Below are positions 28,244 to 36,937 of a stretch of DNA of 37,747 nt, in pieces (within the stretch, counting starts at the first letter, position 1; each line of letters begins with the position of its first letter). The notes under the pieces were generated by a model that was given only the letters and a program-made list of their open reading frames with translations, ran no database searches and was not told the DNA's origin. The DNA comes from Acidobacteriota bacterium (GTDB lineage: Bacteria > Acidobacteriota > Polarisedimenticolia > Gp22-AA2): NCBI GenBank assembly GCA_003223145.1, contig QHXY01000135.1:4288-42034 (forward strand), written 5' to 3'. Position numbers and translations under genes: made by a program.

Positions 28244-28352
28244 TTTTGACGCATGCGGCGTCAGGCCACTGCCGTTGCGTCATCATCTTTGACGCACGGT
28301 AAACTTCTGAAAACAAAAGACAACATTCATCCTGCGTCGGGCTGCGTCAAAA
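28244..28352. promoter_or_regulatory. Array of TGCGTCA/TGACGCA half-sites, candidate enhancer (UAS) for a sigma54 activator
   Basis: TGACGCA 28247-53, GGCGTCA 28257-63, TGCGTCA 28276-82, TGACGCA 28290-96, TGCGTCG 28333-39, TGCGTCA 28343-49. Confidence 0.6.
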
Positions 28353-28481
28353 TGCCCTAAGAAAACTGCCGAACAGCCCGCAGAATCTGCTGTTGAGCGC
28401 TGCATCGAAACTCTTTTAACTCGTTTCCTTAAAGCAATTTGGGTACGGAGATACGGTCGCGCGAGTAGTTCGTCAGGATAA

Positions 28482-28497
28482 AGGCACGATGTTTGCA
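28482..28497 (+). promoter_or_regulatory. Sigma54 (-24/-12) promoter
   Basis: AGGCACGATGTTTGCA versus consensus TGGCACG-N4-TTGCW (one mismatch, exact GG-N10-GC spacing); intergenic. Confidence 0.75.
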
Positions 28498-28524
28498 AGA
28501 TACCTCAAATCGTTCATCGTCATA

Positions 28525-28719
28525 AACGGACTCCATGATAGGAAGCGAGATGCTGAAATCCGCAAGTCTCTCCGGCAGCCGGTGTCCCAATCCTGACTTT
28601 CCCTCCATCCCATTTTCCTTCCCCCCCTCGTTCGCAGATGGCAGAGAGATCGGCGACGCCGGCTGTCGGGGACTGGATTTGATCGGAGGGCACATCCTTG
28701 ATTTCGTGACGGAGCCGTT
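28525..28719 (+). ncRNA. Candidate structured RNA / long 5' leader (nested imperfect hairpin)
   Basis: Nested complementary segments: 28525-34/28711-19, 28556-61/28675-80, and an 18-bp stem 28569-86/28655-72 with 3 G-U pairs. Folded by eye only. Confidence 0.55.
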
Positions 28720-28749
28720 GGACCCTCGGGGTCTAGAGAGGAGCTTTCG

Positions 28750-29052
28750 ATGCTGAAGGGCATGGGGACAACCAAGACCGTTTTCGACTTCGACCCATTG
28801 GGTGCGCTCGCCGGTGGTGCAGGCGGGGCGATCCTGTGGGCTCGTCAGGGAAGGATTTACGTCGATCGGGGTGACCTGGTCGGCGCCCTGCAGTCCTACC
28901 AGCGCTCTCTCGAAGCCGACATGGATTGCGTGGAGGCCTGGATCGGTCTTTCGGAGGTGTTCACGAAGATGCAGGACCGCCGGCGCGCGGAGAACTGTCT
29001 GGACGTGGCGCGCCGCATCCGCAGCATTTCCGCCCGCCACGCCACCGCCTGA
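28750..29052 (+). CDS. Small (100 aa) TPR-containing protein
   Basis: AGAGGAG RBS; TPR pattern W..QG..Y...GD..GA...Y..SL..D.....AW..L..VF; high-GC3 codon usage in the 3' part. Confidence 0.75.
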   Translation: MLKGMGTTKTVFDFDPLGALAGGAGGAILWARQGRIYVDRGDLVGALQSYQRSLEADMDCVEAWIGLSEVFTKMQDRRRAENCLDVARRIRSISARHATA

Positions 29053-29072
29053 AGTTCAGACCCCCGCAGTCC

Positions 29073-29101
29073 TTGACACCGTTTTAGGCGTCTGCTAGCA
29101 T
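29073..29101 (+). promoter_or_regulatory. Sigma70-type promoter for the aldehyde dehydrogenase-ald operon
   Basis: TTGACA (29073-78), 17 bp spacer, TGc-TAGCAT (29093-101). Confidence 0.72.
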
Positions 29102-29181
29102 CCCCTTCCCGTCGCGCCCCATCAGATAGGAAGCAAACGACTTTTTCCGCGTCGACCGATCTCCCAGAAACAGGGAGCAGC

Positions 29182-30678
29182 ATGGCCGAGCCGAAAACCT
29201 ACCGGAATTTTATCGATGGCGAATGGATCGAAGCGAGCGCCCGGCAGACGCGCGAGAATCGCAATCCCGCCGACAAGAGCGAGGTCATCGGCACTTTTCA
29301 AAGCTCTGGACAGGCCGACATCGATGCGGCCGTCGAGGCCGCGCGCAAGGCCTGGAGGAGATGGCGCCAGGTTCCGGCTCCCAAGCGGGCCGAGCACCTG
29401 TTCCGCATGGGAGAGATCCTGGTGCGGCGCAAGGAGGAGTACGCCCGGGAGATGACGCGCGAGATGGGAAAGCCGCTGCGCGAGGCGCGCGGCGACGTGC
29501 AGGAGGCGATTGACGTCTGCTATCACATCGCCGGAGAGGGGAGGCGGCTGCATGGCCACACCACCCCTTCGGAGCTGCCGAACAAGTCCTGCTTGTCGAT
29601 GCGCGTGCCGCTGGGCGTCTGCGGCCTGATCACGCCCTGGAATTTTCCGATGGCGATTCCATCCTGGAAGCTGATCCCGGCGCTGGTGTGCGGGAACAGC
29701 GTGATCATCAAGCCGTCGAGCGACGCGCCGCTCTCGGCGTACCATCTCGTCAAGGTCTGCCAGGAAGTGGGCATCCCGCGGGGAGTGGTCAACTACGTGA
29801 CCGGGGACGGGGAGTCGGCCGGGACACCGCTGACACGTCATGCGGGTGTGGCGCTGATCTCCTTCACCGGCTCCTCCGAGACCGGCCGACAGGTCAACCT
29901 CGCCTGCGCCGACACCTACAAGCGCGCCGCGCTCGAAATGGGCGGCAAGAACGCCATGATCGTCATGGACGACGCGCGTCTCGATCTCGCGGTGGAAGGG
30001 GCCCTCTGGGGCGCCTTCGCGACCACGGGCCAGCGCTGTACCGCCACCAGCCGGATCATCGTCCACAAGAAGATTCTCAAGGAGTTCGTGGATCGTTTCG
30101 TCGAGCGGGCCGGCAGCCTGAAGGTGGGCGACGGCCTGGACGAGTCGGTGGACGTCGGCCCCCTGATCAACGAGGCGCAGCTCAAGAAGGTCATGGACTA
30201 CATCCAGATCGGGCGCGACGAGGGTGCCGACCCAGTCCTCGGCGGCGTGCGGCTGACCAAGAATGAGTACGGTCGCGGATTCTTCTTCCCCCCGACCGTC
30301 TTCACGGGCGTCACCCGCGGGATGCGCATCGCCCGCGAGGAGATCTTCGGTCCGGTGGTGTGCGTGCTGGCTGCGGACAGCCTGGAGGATGCGCTGGAGA
30401 TCGCCAATGATTCGCCGTATGGCCTGTCTTCGTCGATCTACACTCAGGACGTGAACAAGGCGTTCGCGGCGATGCGCGACCTCGAGACCGGGATCACCTA
30501 CGTGAACTCATCCACGATCGGCGCCGAGACCCACCTGCCGTTCGGAGGCCTGAAGAAGAGCGGCAATGGCCACCGCGAGGGGGCGGCGCACACCGCGATC
30601 GATATCTTTTCCGAATGGAAGACGGTCTACGTAGATTACTCCGGCAAGCTTCAGAAGGCCCAGATGGACAACAACTGA
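29182..30678 (+). CDS. NAD(P)-dependent aldehyde dehydrogenase family protein
   Basis: ITPWNFP, KPS, FTGS, LEMGGKN, GQRCTA (catalytic Cys), EEIFGPV, PFGG.K.SG. Confidence 0.96.
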   Translation: MAEPKTYRNFIDGEWIEASARQTRENRNPADKSEVIGTFQSSGQADIDAAVEAARKAWRRWRQVPAPKRAEHLFRMGEILVRRKEEYAREMTREMGKPLREARGDVQEAIDVCYHIAGEGRRLHGHTTPSELPNKSCLSMRVPLGVCGLITPWNFPMAIPSWKLIPALVCGNSVIIKPSSDAPLSAYHLVKVCQEVGIPRGVVNYVTGDGESAGTPLTRHAGVALISFTGSSETGRQVNLACADTYKRAALEMGGKNAMIVMDDARLDLAVEGALWGAFATTGQRCTATSRIIVHKKILKEFVDRFVERAGSLKVGDGLDESVDVGPLINEAQLKKVMDYIQIGRDEGADPVLGGVRLTKNEYGRGFFFPPTVFTGVTRGMRIAREEIFGPVVCVLAADSLEDALEIANDSPYGLSSSIYTQDVNKAFAAMRDLETGITYVNSSTIGAETHLPFGGLKKSGNGHREGAAHTAIDIFSEWKTVYVDYSGKLQKAQMDNN

Positions 30679-30719
30679 GCAGGGGCGGCCGGTCCAGCGG
30701 GGCCGGTCGAGGCTTCAGG

Positions 30720-31832
30720 ATGCAGGTCGGGGTACCGAAGGAAATCAAGGACCACGAGTACCGCGTCAGCATGGTGCCCGCCGGGGTGCACGCGCTCGTG
30801 CAGGCCGGGCACACGGTGCTGGTGCAGGACGGCGCCGGTCTCGGAAGCGGCATCGAGAACGCCGCCTACGAGGCGGCCGGGGCGGTGATCGTGACGGACG
30901 CCGCCGCGGTCTTCCGGCGCGCCGATCTGATCCTCAAGGTGAAGGAGCCGCAGGAGCAGGAAATGCCGATGCTCCGGCGCGGGCAGATCCTGTTCACCTT
31001 CCTGCACCTCGCTCCCCAGCCCCGGCTGACCCGCGCCCTGCTCGACTCCGGCATCACCGCCATTGCCTACGAGACGATCACCGACGACGGCGGCGGTCTG
31101 CCCCTCCTGACGCCGATGAGCGAGGTCGCCGGCCGGATGTCGATCCAGGTCGGTGCCTTCTATCTCCAGAAGACGCTCGGTGGCCGCGGCATCCTGCCGG
31201 GCGGCGTGCCCGGCGTCCCGCCCGGCGACGTGGTCATCCTGGGTGGCGGGACGGTCGGCATCAACGCGGCGATGATGGCGATCGGTCTCGGGGCGCGAGT
31301 GACCATCATCGACCGGTCGTTGCCGCGGCTGCGCTACCTGGACGAGATCTTCCACAGTCAGGTCGTGACCATCTACTCGACCGGCGCGTATGTCGCCGAG
31401 TCGGCGCGCCGCGCCGATCTCCTGATCGGGGCCGTCCTGATTCCCGGCGCCTCGGCACCGCGATTGGTGAGCCGGGAGATGGTCGGCACCATGAAGAAGG
31501 GGGCCGTGATCGTGGACGTGGCGGTCGACCAGGGGGGCTGCATCGAGACGACCCGGCCGACGACCCACTCTGCGCCGACGTATGAAGTGGATGGGGTCAT
31601 CCACTACTGCGTGGCGAACATGCCGGGGGCGGTGCCGCGCACCTCCACCTTCGCGCTCACCAACGCCACGCTGACCTACGTGCTCAAGATCGCCGAGCGG
31701 GGCTTCCGGGACGCCGCCCGCGAGGACCCGAGCCTGCGCGCCGGCGTGAACACGCACGCCGGCAAGGTCACGCACGAGGCGGTGGCGCGCTCGCAGGACT
31801 TGCCTTACGTGGCGCTCGACAGCCTGCTGTAA
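30720..31832 (+). CDS. ald: Alanine dehydrogenase
   Basis: [58 protein letters not shown]; ATG 30720. Confidence 0.97.
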   Translation: MQVGVPKEIKDHEYRVSMVPAGVHALVQAGHTVLVQDGAGLGSGIENAAYEAAGAVIVTDAAAVFRRADLILKVKEPQEQEMPMLRRGQILFTFLHLAPQPRLTRALLDSGITAIAYETITDDGGGLPLLTPMSEVAGRMSIQVGAFYLQKTLGGRGILPGGVPGVPPGDVVILGGGTVGINAAMMAIGLGARVTIIDRSLPRLRYLDEIFHSQVVTIYSTGAYVAESARRADLLIGAVLIPGASAPRLVSREMVGTMKKGAVIVDVAVDQGGCIETTRPTTHSAPTYEVDGVIHYCVANMPGAVPRTSTFALTNATLTYVLKIAERGFRDAAREDPSLRAGVNTHAGKVTHEAVARSQDLPYVALDSLL

Positions 31833-31876
31833 GCCGACCGGGACGAAGGCGCGACCACGACCTGCGGGAGGCTCCC

Positions 31877-33403
31877 CTGGGTCTGATTTTCGATCGAGCC
31901 GTCCGTTATGCCCGGAGCCATCTCTGGACCCTGGCCCTCGGAGCGGCGATCGTGCTGGCGACAGGGCTCCGTCTGCATGGCCTGACACGGCATCCCTTCT
32001 GGCTGGACGAGGCCTACTCCGTCACCGTCGCCCGCCAGCCCCTGTGGGCCATCGCACCCTCCCTGGCCGACGAGTCGGGGCCGCCCCTGTACTACCTGCT
32101 CCTGCATGGATGGATCAAGCTGCTCGGCGAGGGCCAGGCCGCAGGCCGCCTGCTGTCTGTGCTGTGCGGTGTCCTGCTGGTTCCGGCAACGGCCCGATTG
32201 GCGCGACGGGTCGCGGGGGAGAGGGGCGGTCTTGCCGCCGCCTTCCTGATGGCGGCCACACCGATGGCGGTGCAGTTCTCCCAGGAAGCGCGTATGTACA
32301 CGCTGCTGCCGCTTCTCACGGTCCTGGCAGGCGAGCGGCTGCTGGTCTGGCTCCAGGACGGGATGCGCGGTGCGCTGCTGGCGCACGCCCTGCTTCTGGC
32401 GGCGATCTTCTACACGCACAACTGGGGGCTGCTGGTCCTGCCGGCGGCGGGGGCCGTCGCCCTGCTCTACCCGGGCGAGCGGATCCGGGGCTGGCTCATC
32501 GCGGCGTCGCTGGCCCTGCTGCTGTACGCTCCGTGGGTGCCGGTTCTGGTGACGCAGGTCCGCGATCCGTCCTATCAGTTCATCCGGATGATCCAGACGA
32601 TTCCCTGGTGGCAGCTGCCGCTTCGATCGCTCTTGATCTTCGCCGTCGGCGTCGGCGATATCGGAGGACAAGCCACCACACTCGTGCCGGCCCCGGCGAG
32701 CTACCTGTTCGCCGGCTGGTTCCTGTGGCTGCTGGTCGCGCCGATCCTGTCGGGCGTAGGCCGCCGCGAATCCCTGGCGCTGCTGCTGTACACAGCCGTG
32801 CCTCCGGTGGGCGCGGCGCTGTTCACCGCGCTGGCGCGGCCGATCTATCTCCTGGGACGCTACGAGATCCTGATCCTCCCCGTGGCCATCGCCGCAGCCG
32901 GCGTGGCAGTCGCGAAGATGTTCCGCGGAAGGCGTCTTTCCCTCCTGGTGGCGATCTGGGTGCTGGCCCTCGCCGGGCTGTCGGTGCGCTACACGGCAGG
33001 TGTGCACAGGCGGTTTCCCGAGCCGATCATGACCGGTGTCCTGGCCCCCAACCTGCGGCCCGGCGATCACATCGTGTTCTGTGGTCTGTACCGGGCCGCC
33101 ATGGAGTACCACCTGCGCCAGAGGGGTGCGACTTTCGAGCCGGCCTCGTTCCCGGCCGAGGCGGCAAACCACCTGGGGTGGTACTACGAGAGCCTCTACC
33201 GTCCGGACGCACCGGCCCTGATGACCGAGGCCAGCGCGCAGTGCCCGCAGCCCGGCAGCCGCACCTGGGTGGTGGCCACCAGCGGGGCGACCTGCGGTGT
33301 CCTCATCGACACGCTCAGGACCTGCTCCAGCCTCTCCAGTCCCTTCTTGAACCTTGGGGTGCCGGCGAATCAGGTCCTGCTGGCGGAACCGCGGGTTAAC
33401 TAG
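31877..33403 (+). CDS. GT-C fold (GT39/PMT_2-like) membrane glycosyltransferase; start probably upstream of the GTG at 31952
   Basis: LRL..L...FWLDE, PPLYYLLL, SQEARMY, YTH, LYAPW, RY motifs; the frame is open upstream and extends TM1. Confidence 0.82.
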   Translation: MGLIFDRAVRYARSHLWTLALGAAIVLATGLRLHGLTRHPFWLDEAYSVTVARQPLWAIAPSLADESGPPLYYLLLHGWIKLLGEGQAAGRLLSVLCGVLLVPATARLARRVAGERGGLAAAFLMAATPMAVQFSQEARMYTLLPLLTVLAGERLLVWLQDGMRGALLAHALLLAAIFYTHNWGLLVLPAAGAVALLYPGERIRGWLIAASLALLLYAPWVPVLVTQVRDPSYQFIRMIQTIPWWQLPLRSLLIFAVGVGDIGGQATTLVPAPASYLFAGWFLWLLVAPILSGVGRRESLALLLYTAVPPVGAALFTALARPIYLLGRYEILILPVAIAAAGVAVAKMFRGRRLSLLVAIWVLALAGLSVRYTAGVHRRFPEPIMTGVLAPNLRPGDHIVFCGLYRAAMEYHLRQRGATFEPASFPAEAANHLGWYYESLYRPDAPALMTEASAQCPQPGSRTWVVATSGATCGVLIDTLRTCSSLSSPFLNLGVPANQVLLAEPRVN

Positions 33404-33414
33404 ACACGCGCCCT

Positions 33415-36162
33415 TCAGTCGTTGTTGATGTAGATGGTTTCAGCCGGCCGGCCGTCCACGCCGAAGTGCGTCGGGGCCTCCGTTCCGGGGCCGGGAGACG
33501 GGCTCGGCCGCGGATCGACCGCCGGGCCTCCCCCGGGCGTGGCGAGAGTGTCGACAGCCCCGTGGCGCTCGCTACGGCTGATGTCCAGAGGCACCTGAAG
33601 GTCCTTCCCGTCGAAGTGCACGAGGATCTCTTTGCCACCCGACTGCATCTCGACCTCGCCCTGCCCCTCGCTCACCAGGTGGACCAGGGCGTCGCCGTCG
33701 AGGCTCAGCTCCAGGTCGTTCGTCACCTCGAAGCTCTGCAGATAGTAGGGGAGCGACTGGCGGAAATGCTCGACGGCCGAGCAGGCCTTGGCAGGCTCCG
33801 TCCCCGCCAGGAACGCCTCCAGGAAGGTCACGGGACAGTTCGACTCGACGGTCGCCCGCAGGCCCGTATTCCGGTCGATCGGCACGTAGACGATGTTGGC
33901 GGGCTTGGGGAACTCCTCCGGCGGCTTGCCTTTCAGCCCCTCCTTCATGAACTGGATCCAGATCGGCAGGGCGGCGCGCGCCCCCGTCTCCCCTTCGCCG
34001 AGCGGCTTCTTCTGGTCGAAGCCGACCCAGACGCCGGCCACCAGGGACGGGCTGAAACCGACGAACCAGGCGTCGGCGTGGCTGTCGGTCGTCCCGGTCT
34101 TGCCGGCGACCGGCCGGTTCAGCTCGCGCGCGGCGGCGGCGCCGGTGCCGCTCTCCGTGACGCCCTCCAGGAGGTAGGTCATCAGGTAGGCGATGTCGGC
34201 GCGCAGCACCTCGATCACCTGGGGCTTCGACTCCTCGCGCATCTTGCCGTCGCGGTCGGCGACGTAACGGATGAAGTGCGGCTCGACGCGCACCCCCTGG
34301 TTGGGGAAGATCGAGTAGGCCGTGGTCAGATCGATGAGCGAGACCTCCTCCGTTCCGAGCGCCATCGACGGGTACGGCTCGAGCTTGCTGCTGATCCCCA
34401 TCTTGCGCGCGGTCTCGATGGTGCGCGAGTAACCGATCTGGTTCAGCAGCTTGACCGCCACGATGTTGCGCGACTCCTCTATCGCCTCGCGCAGGGTCGT
34501 GACGCCGTAGTACTTGCGGTAGTAATTGTCGGGCTGGTACTCGTCGCCGGTCTTCCTGTCGACGAACACCGTCGGCTTGTCGAAGATCGTGTCGGCCAGA
34601 GTGTGACCGGAGTCCAGGGCCGTCGTGTAGACGAACGGCTTGAAGGCCGAGCCGGCCTGGCGGTACGACTGCATGGAGCGATCGAACTCGCTGCGGTTGA
34701 AATCGTAGCCGCCGACCAGCGCCTTGATCTCCCCGCTCGCCGGGTCGATCGCCATCAGGGCCCCCTCGACCAGCGGCTCCTGGTCGAGCTTGACCCGCAG
34801 CTCCCTCTTCCCCTCGTCGATCCCCAGGACCAGGAAGGGGGAGACATCCCCGACCTTCAGCACCTGGTTCGGGATCGTCTTGCCGGTCCAGTCGATCCCC
34901 TCGGGACCGAAGTGGGCCGTGAAATCGCCGAGCTTGACCGTGGCGGTGCGCCGGTTCACCTCGGTCACCACGCCCGTGCGCAGCTTGCCGACGGACGGCG
35001 CCTTGCTCCAGGCGGCGGAGGTGAAGGTCGCCAGATCGCCACCGTCCTTGAGGACGTTCTGCTTGATCGGCCGCAGACCCTGGCGCTTGTCCAGAACGCG
35101 CAGCCCCTCGAACACCGCCTGGTTGGCCGCCTTCTGCATCGCCGGATCGAGCGTGGTGTGGACCTCCATCCCCTCCTCGTAGAGGGCCACCTCGCCGTAC
35201 TTGGAATCGAGGTACCGCCGGACCTCCTCGACGAAGTACGGCGCGATGTTGTCCTCCTCCGGCAGCTTGGCCACCTCCACGGGTGTCGCCATCCCCTGGT
35301 CGGCGACGTCGCGGCTGATCTTGCCCTCCTCCGCCATGCGGTTCAGGACATGGTCGCGGCGCGACCGGGCCTTCTCGGGCGAACGGCACGGCGAGTAGGC
35401 CTCCGGCCGCTGCACCAGCCCGGCCAGGAGCGCCGCCTCGGGGCGCGTCATCTTGCTGGCCGTCTTGCCGAAGTAATACTCGGAGGCCGCCTCGATGCCG
35501 TAGCGGCCGTGCCCCATGTACACCTGGTTGCAGTAGAAGCCGAGGATTTCCGGCTTGGTGAACGCCTTCTCGATCTGCACCGCCAGCACCATCTCCTGCA
35601 GCTTGCGGCGCATGGTCTTCTCGGGTTTCAGGAACAGCGAGCGCGCCAGCTGCTGGGTGATGGTGCTGCCGCCCTGCGCCTTCCTGAGATGGGTGATGTC
35701 CGTTATGATGGCCCGCGCGATCCCCCAGGGGTCGATGCCGACATGCTCGTAGTAGTGCGAATCCTCGGTGGCGACCAGGGCGTCAAGGAACTCCTTCGGG
35801 ATCTGGTCGAGCCCGACCACGATCCGTTTCTCCGCACCGAACTGGTAGAGCACTTGGCCGTCGGCGCTATAGATCGTCGTGACGACCGGCGGCTTCCAGT
35901 CCTGCAGATGGGTCACTTCGGGTATGTCGAAAGTCAGGAAATACCCGAGCACCGAGCCGGAACCGCCTGCCAGGAGCAGACCCGACAGAATGATGATGAT
36001 CAGGTTCTTGGGCTTGCGCCAGAACCGGACCCGTGGGGGTGGAGCGCTCGGGGGACCCCCTGGCGGAGGGGTGCCAGACGGGGGACTCCCCGGTGGGGGA
36101 GTACCCGCTTTGCCTGGTCCGCTCAAGTGGGTGAATGAGATGGTTTTATCGTCGATTCCCAA
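33415..36162 (-). CDS. Class A penicillin-binding protein (PBP1A family)
   Basis: Transglycosylase TEDSHYYEH, GGSTITQQL, RKLQE; transpeptidase SAFK, SRN, KTG; N-terminal TM anchor. Confidence 0.96.
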   Translation of the reverse strand: MGIDDKTISFTHLSGPGKAGTPPPGSPPSGTPPPGGPPSAPPPRVRFWRKPKNLIIIILSGLLLAGGSGSVLGYFLTFDIPEVTHLQDWKPPVVTTIYSADGQVLYQFGAEKRIVVGLDQIPKEFLDALVATEDSHYYEHVGIDPWGIARAIITDITHLRKAQGGSTITQQLARSLFLKPEKTMRRKLQEMVLAVQIEKAFTKPEILGFYCNQVYMGHGRYGIEAASEYYFGKTASKMTRPEAALLAGLVQRPEAYSPCRSPEKARSRRDHVLNRMAEEGKISRDVADQGMATPVEVAKLPEEDNIAPYFVEEVRRYLDSKYGEVALYEEGMEVHTTLDPAMQKAANQAVFEGLRVLDKRQGLRPIKQNVLKDGGDLATFTSAAWSKAPSVGKLRTGVVTEVNRRTATVKLGDFTAHFGPEGIDWTGKTIPNQVLKVGDVSPFLVLGIDEGKRELRVKLDQEPLVEGALMAIDPASGEIKALVGGYDFNRSEFDRSMQSYRQAGSAFKPFVYTTALDSGHTLADTIFDKPTVFVDRKTGDEYQPDNYYRKYYGVTTLREAIEESRNIVAVKLLNQIGYSRTIETARKMGISSKLEPYPSMALGTEEVSLIDLTTAYSIFPNQGVRVEPHFIRYVADRDGKMREESKPQVIEVLRADIAYLMTYLLEGVTESGTGAAAARELNRPVAGKTGTTDSHADAWFVGFSPSLVAGVWVGFDQKKPLGEGETGARAALPIWIQFMKEGLKGKPPEEFPKPANIVYVPIDRNTGLRATVESNCPVTFLEAFLAGTEPAKACSAVEHFRQSLPYYLQSFEVTNDLELSLDGDALVHLVSEGQGEVEMQSGGKEILVHFDGKDLQVPLDISRSERHGAVDTLATPGGGPAVDPRPSPSPGPGTEAPTHFGVDGRPAETIYINND

Positions 36163-36193
36163 TGGACCTCGCCACGCTCGAGGAGCGGTCTAA

Positions 36194-36937
36194 GTGATTA
36201 TACACGCAAAGGTTCCGGTCTTCCCCCTGTCCATCATCATGCCCACGCTTGATGAAGAATATGTCCTTCCCGAGGCGCTTGCCAGCCTCGAGCGGCAAAA
36301 TTTCGACCTCTCCCTCGAAGTGATCCTGTCGGACGGGGGAAGCGGCGACGGGACAGTGGCGACTTTCGAGCGGTTGACCCGCTCCTGGCCGGCCCGGAGC
36401 CTGGCCGCCCGGGTCGTCGTCTGCCCGCGTCCCGGGCGGGCAGCCCAGATGAATGCGGGGGCGCGTGTGGCCCGGGGAGACATCCTTCTCTTCCTGCATG
36501 CCGACACCTCCCTGCCGCCAGATGGGGCGCACGCGGTCATGGGGGCGCTGATCGATCAGGAGGTCGTCGGGGGCGGATTCCGGCACCGGTTCAGGGAATC
36601 GGGAACCCTGCTGCGCGCCATTTCTGGATACGCAACCGCTCGATCGGTCGTGCGCCGGATCCACTACGGCGACCAGGCCATGTTCGTCCGGCGCTCGGTA
36701 TTCGACGACCTCGGCGGTTTCCCCGACATCCCGCTGTTCGAGGACCTGCGACTTTCGAGGGCCCTGCGCGCGCGTGGCAGGGTGGTGACCCTGTCGCTCC
36801 CGGCGATCACGTCCGCGCGCCGGCTGCGGCAGGGGGGTGTCGTGCGCACGGCGGGGCGCTTCGCCTGGCTCAAGCTGCGCGATGCGCTCGGAGCCGACCC
36901 GGCGAGGCTGAAGGCGGACTACCCGGATGTCAGATAA
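36194..36937 (+). CDS. Glycosyltransferase family 2 (TIGR04283-like)
   Basis: LSIIMPTLDEE, DGGSGDGT, GRAAQMNAGA, LFLHADT, YGDQAMF, PLFED, TSARR. Confidence 0.9.
   Translation: MIIHAKVPVFPLSIIMPTLDEEYVLPEALASLERQNFDLSLEVILSDGGSGDGTVATFERLTRSWPARSLAARVVVCPRPGRAAQMNAGARVARGDILLFLHADTSLPPDGAHAVMGALIDQEVVGGGFRHRFRESGTLLRAISGYATARSVVRRIHYGDQAMFVRRSVFDDLGGFPDIPLFEDLRLSRALRARGRVVTLSLPAITSARRLRQGGVVRTAGRFAWLKLRDALGADPARLKADYPDVR
36197..36202 (-). promoter_or_regulatory. Possible -10 element for the PBP1A gene
   Basis: Perfect TATAAT on the - strand about 35 bp upstream of the start; no convincing -35. Confidence 0.35.

Noticed and set aside
28525-28719. Calling the hairpin SRP RNA (given nearby ffh/ftsY) or 6S RNA
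   Set aside because: The SRP domain IV GNRA-loop motif is absent. The 6S similarity is only in overall shape and needs an Rfam search.
28211-28749. Lower-GC stretch as a horizontally acquired island or MITE
   Set aside because: No integrase, transposase, target-site duplication or tRNA. The composition is explained by regulatory elements.
28535-28756. 73-aa ORF in the leader overlapping the TPR start
   Set aside because: Weak RBS, atypical codon usage, no motif, and it coincides with the predicted RNA structure. A uORF role is not excluded but is unsupported.
30686-30709. 10-bp hairpin between the aldehyde dehydrogenase gene and ald as a terminator
   Set aside because: No U-tract and the genes appear co-operonic; at most a stability element.
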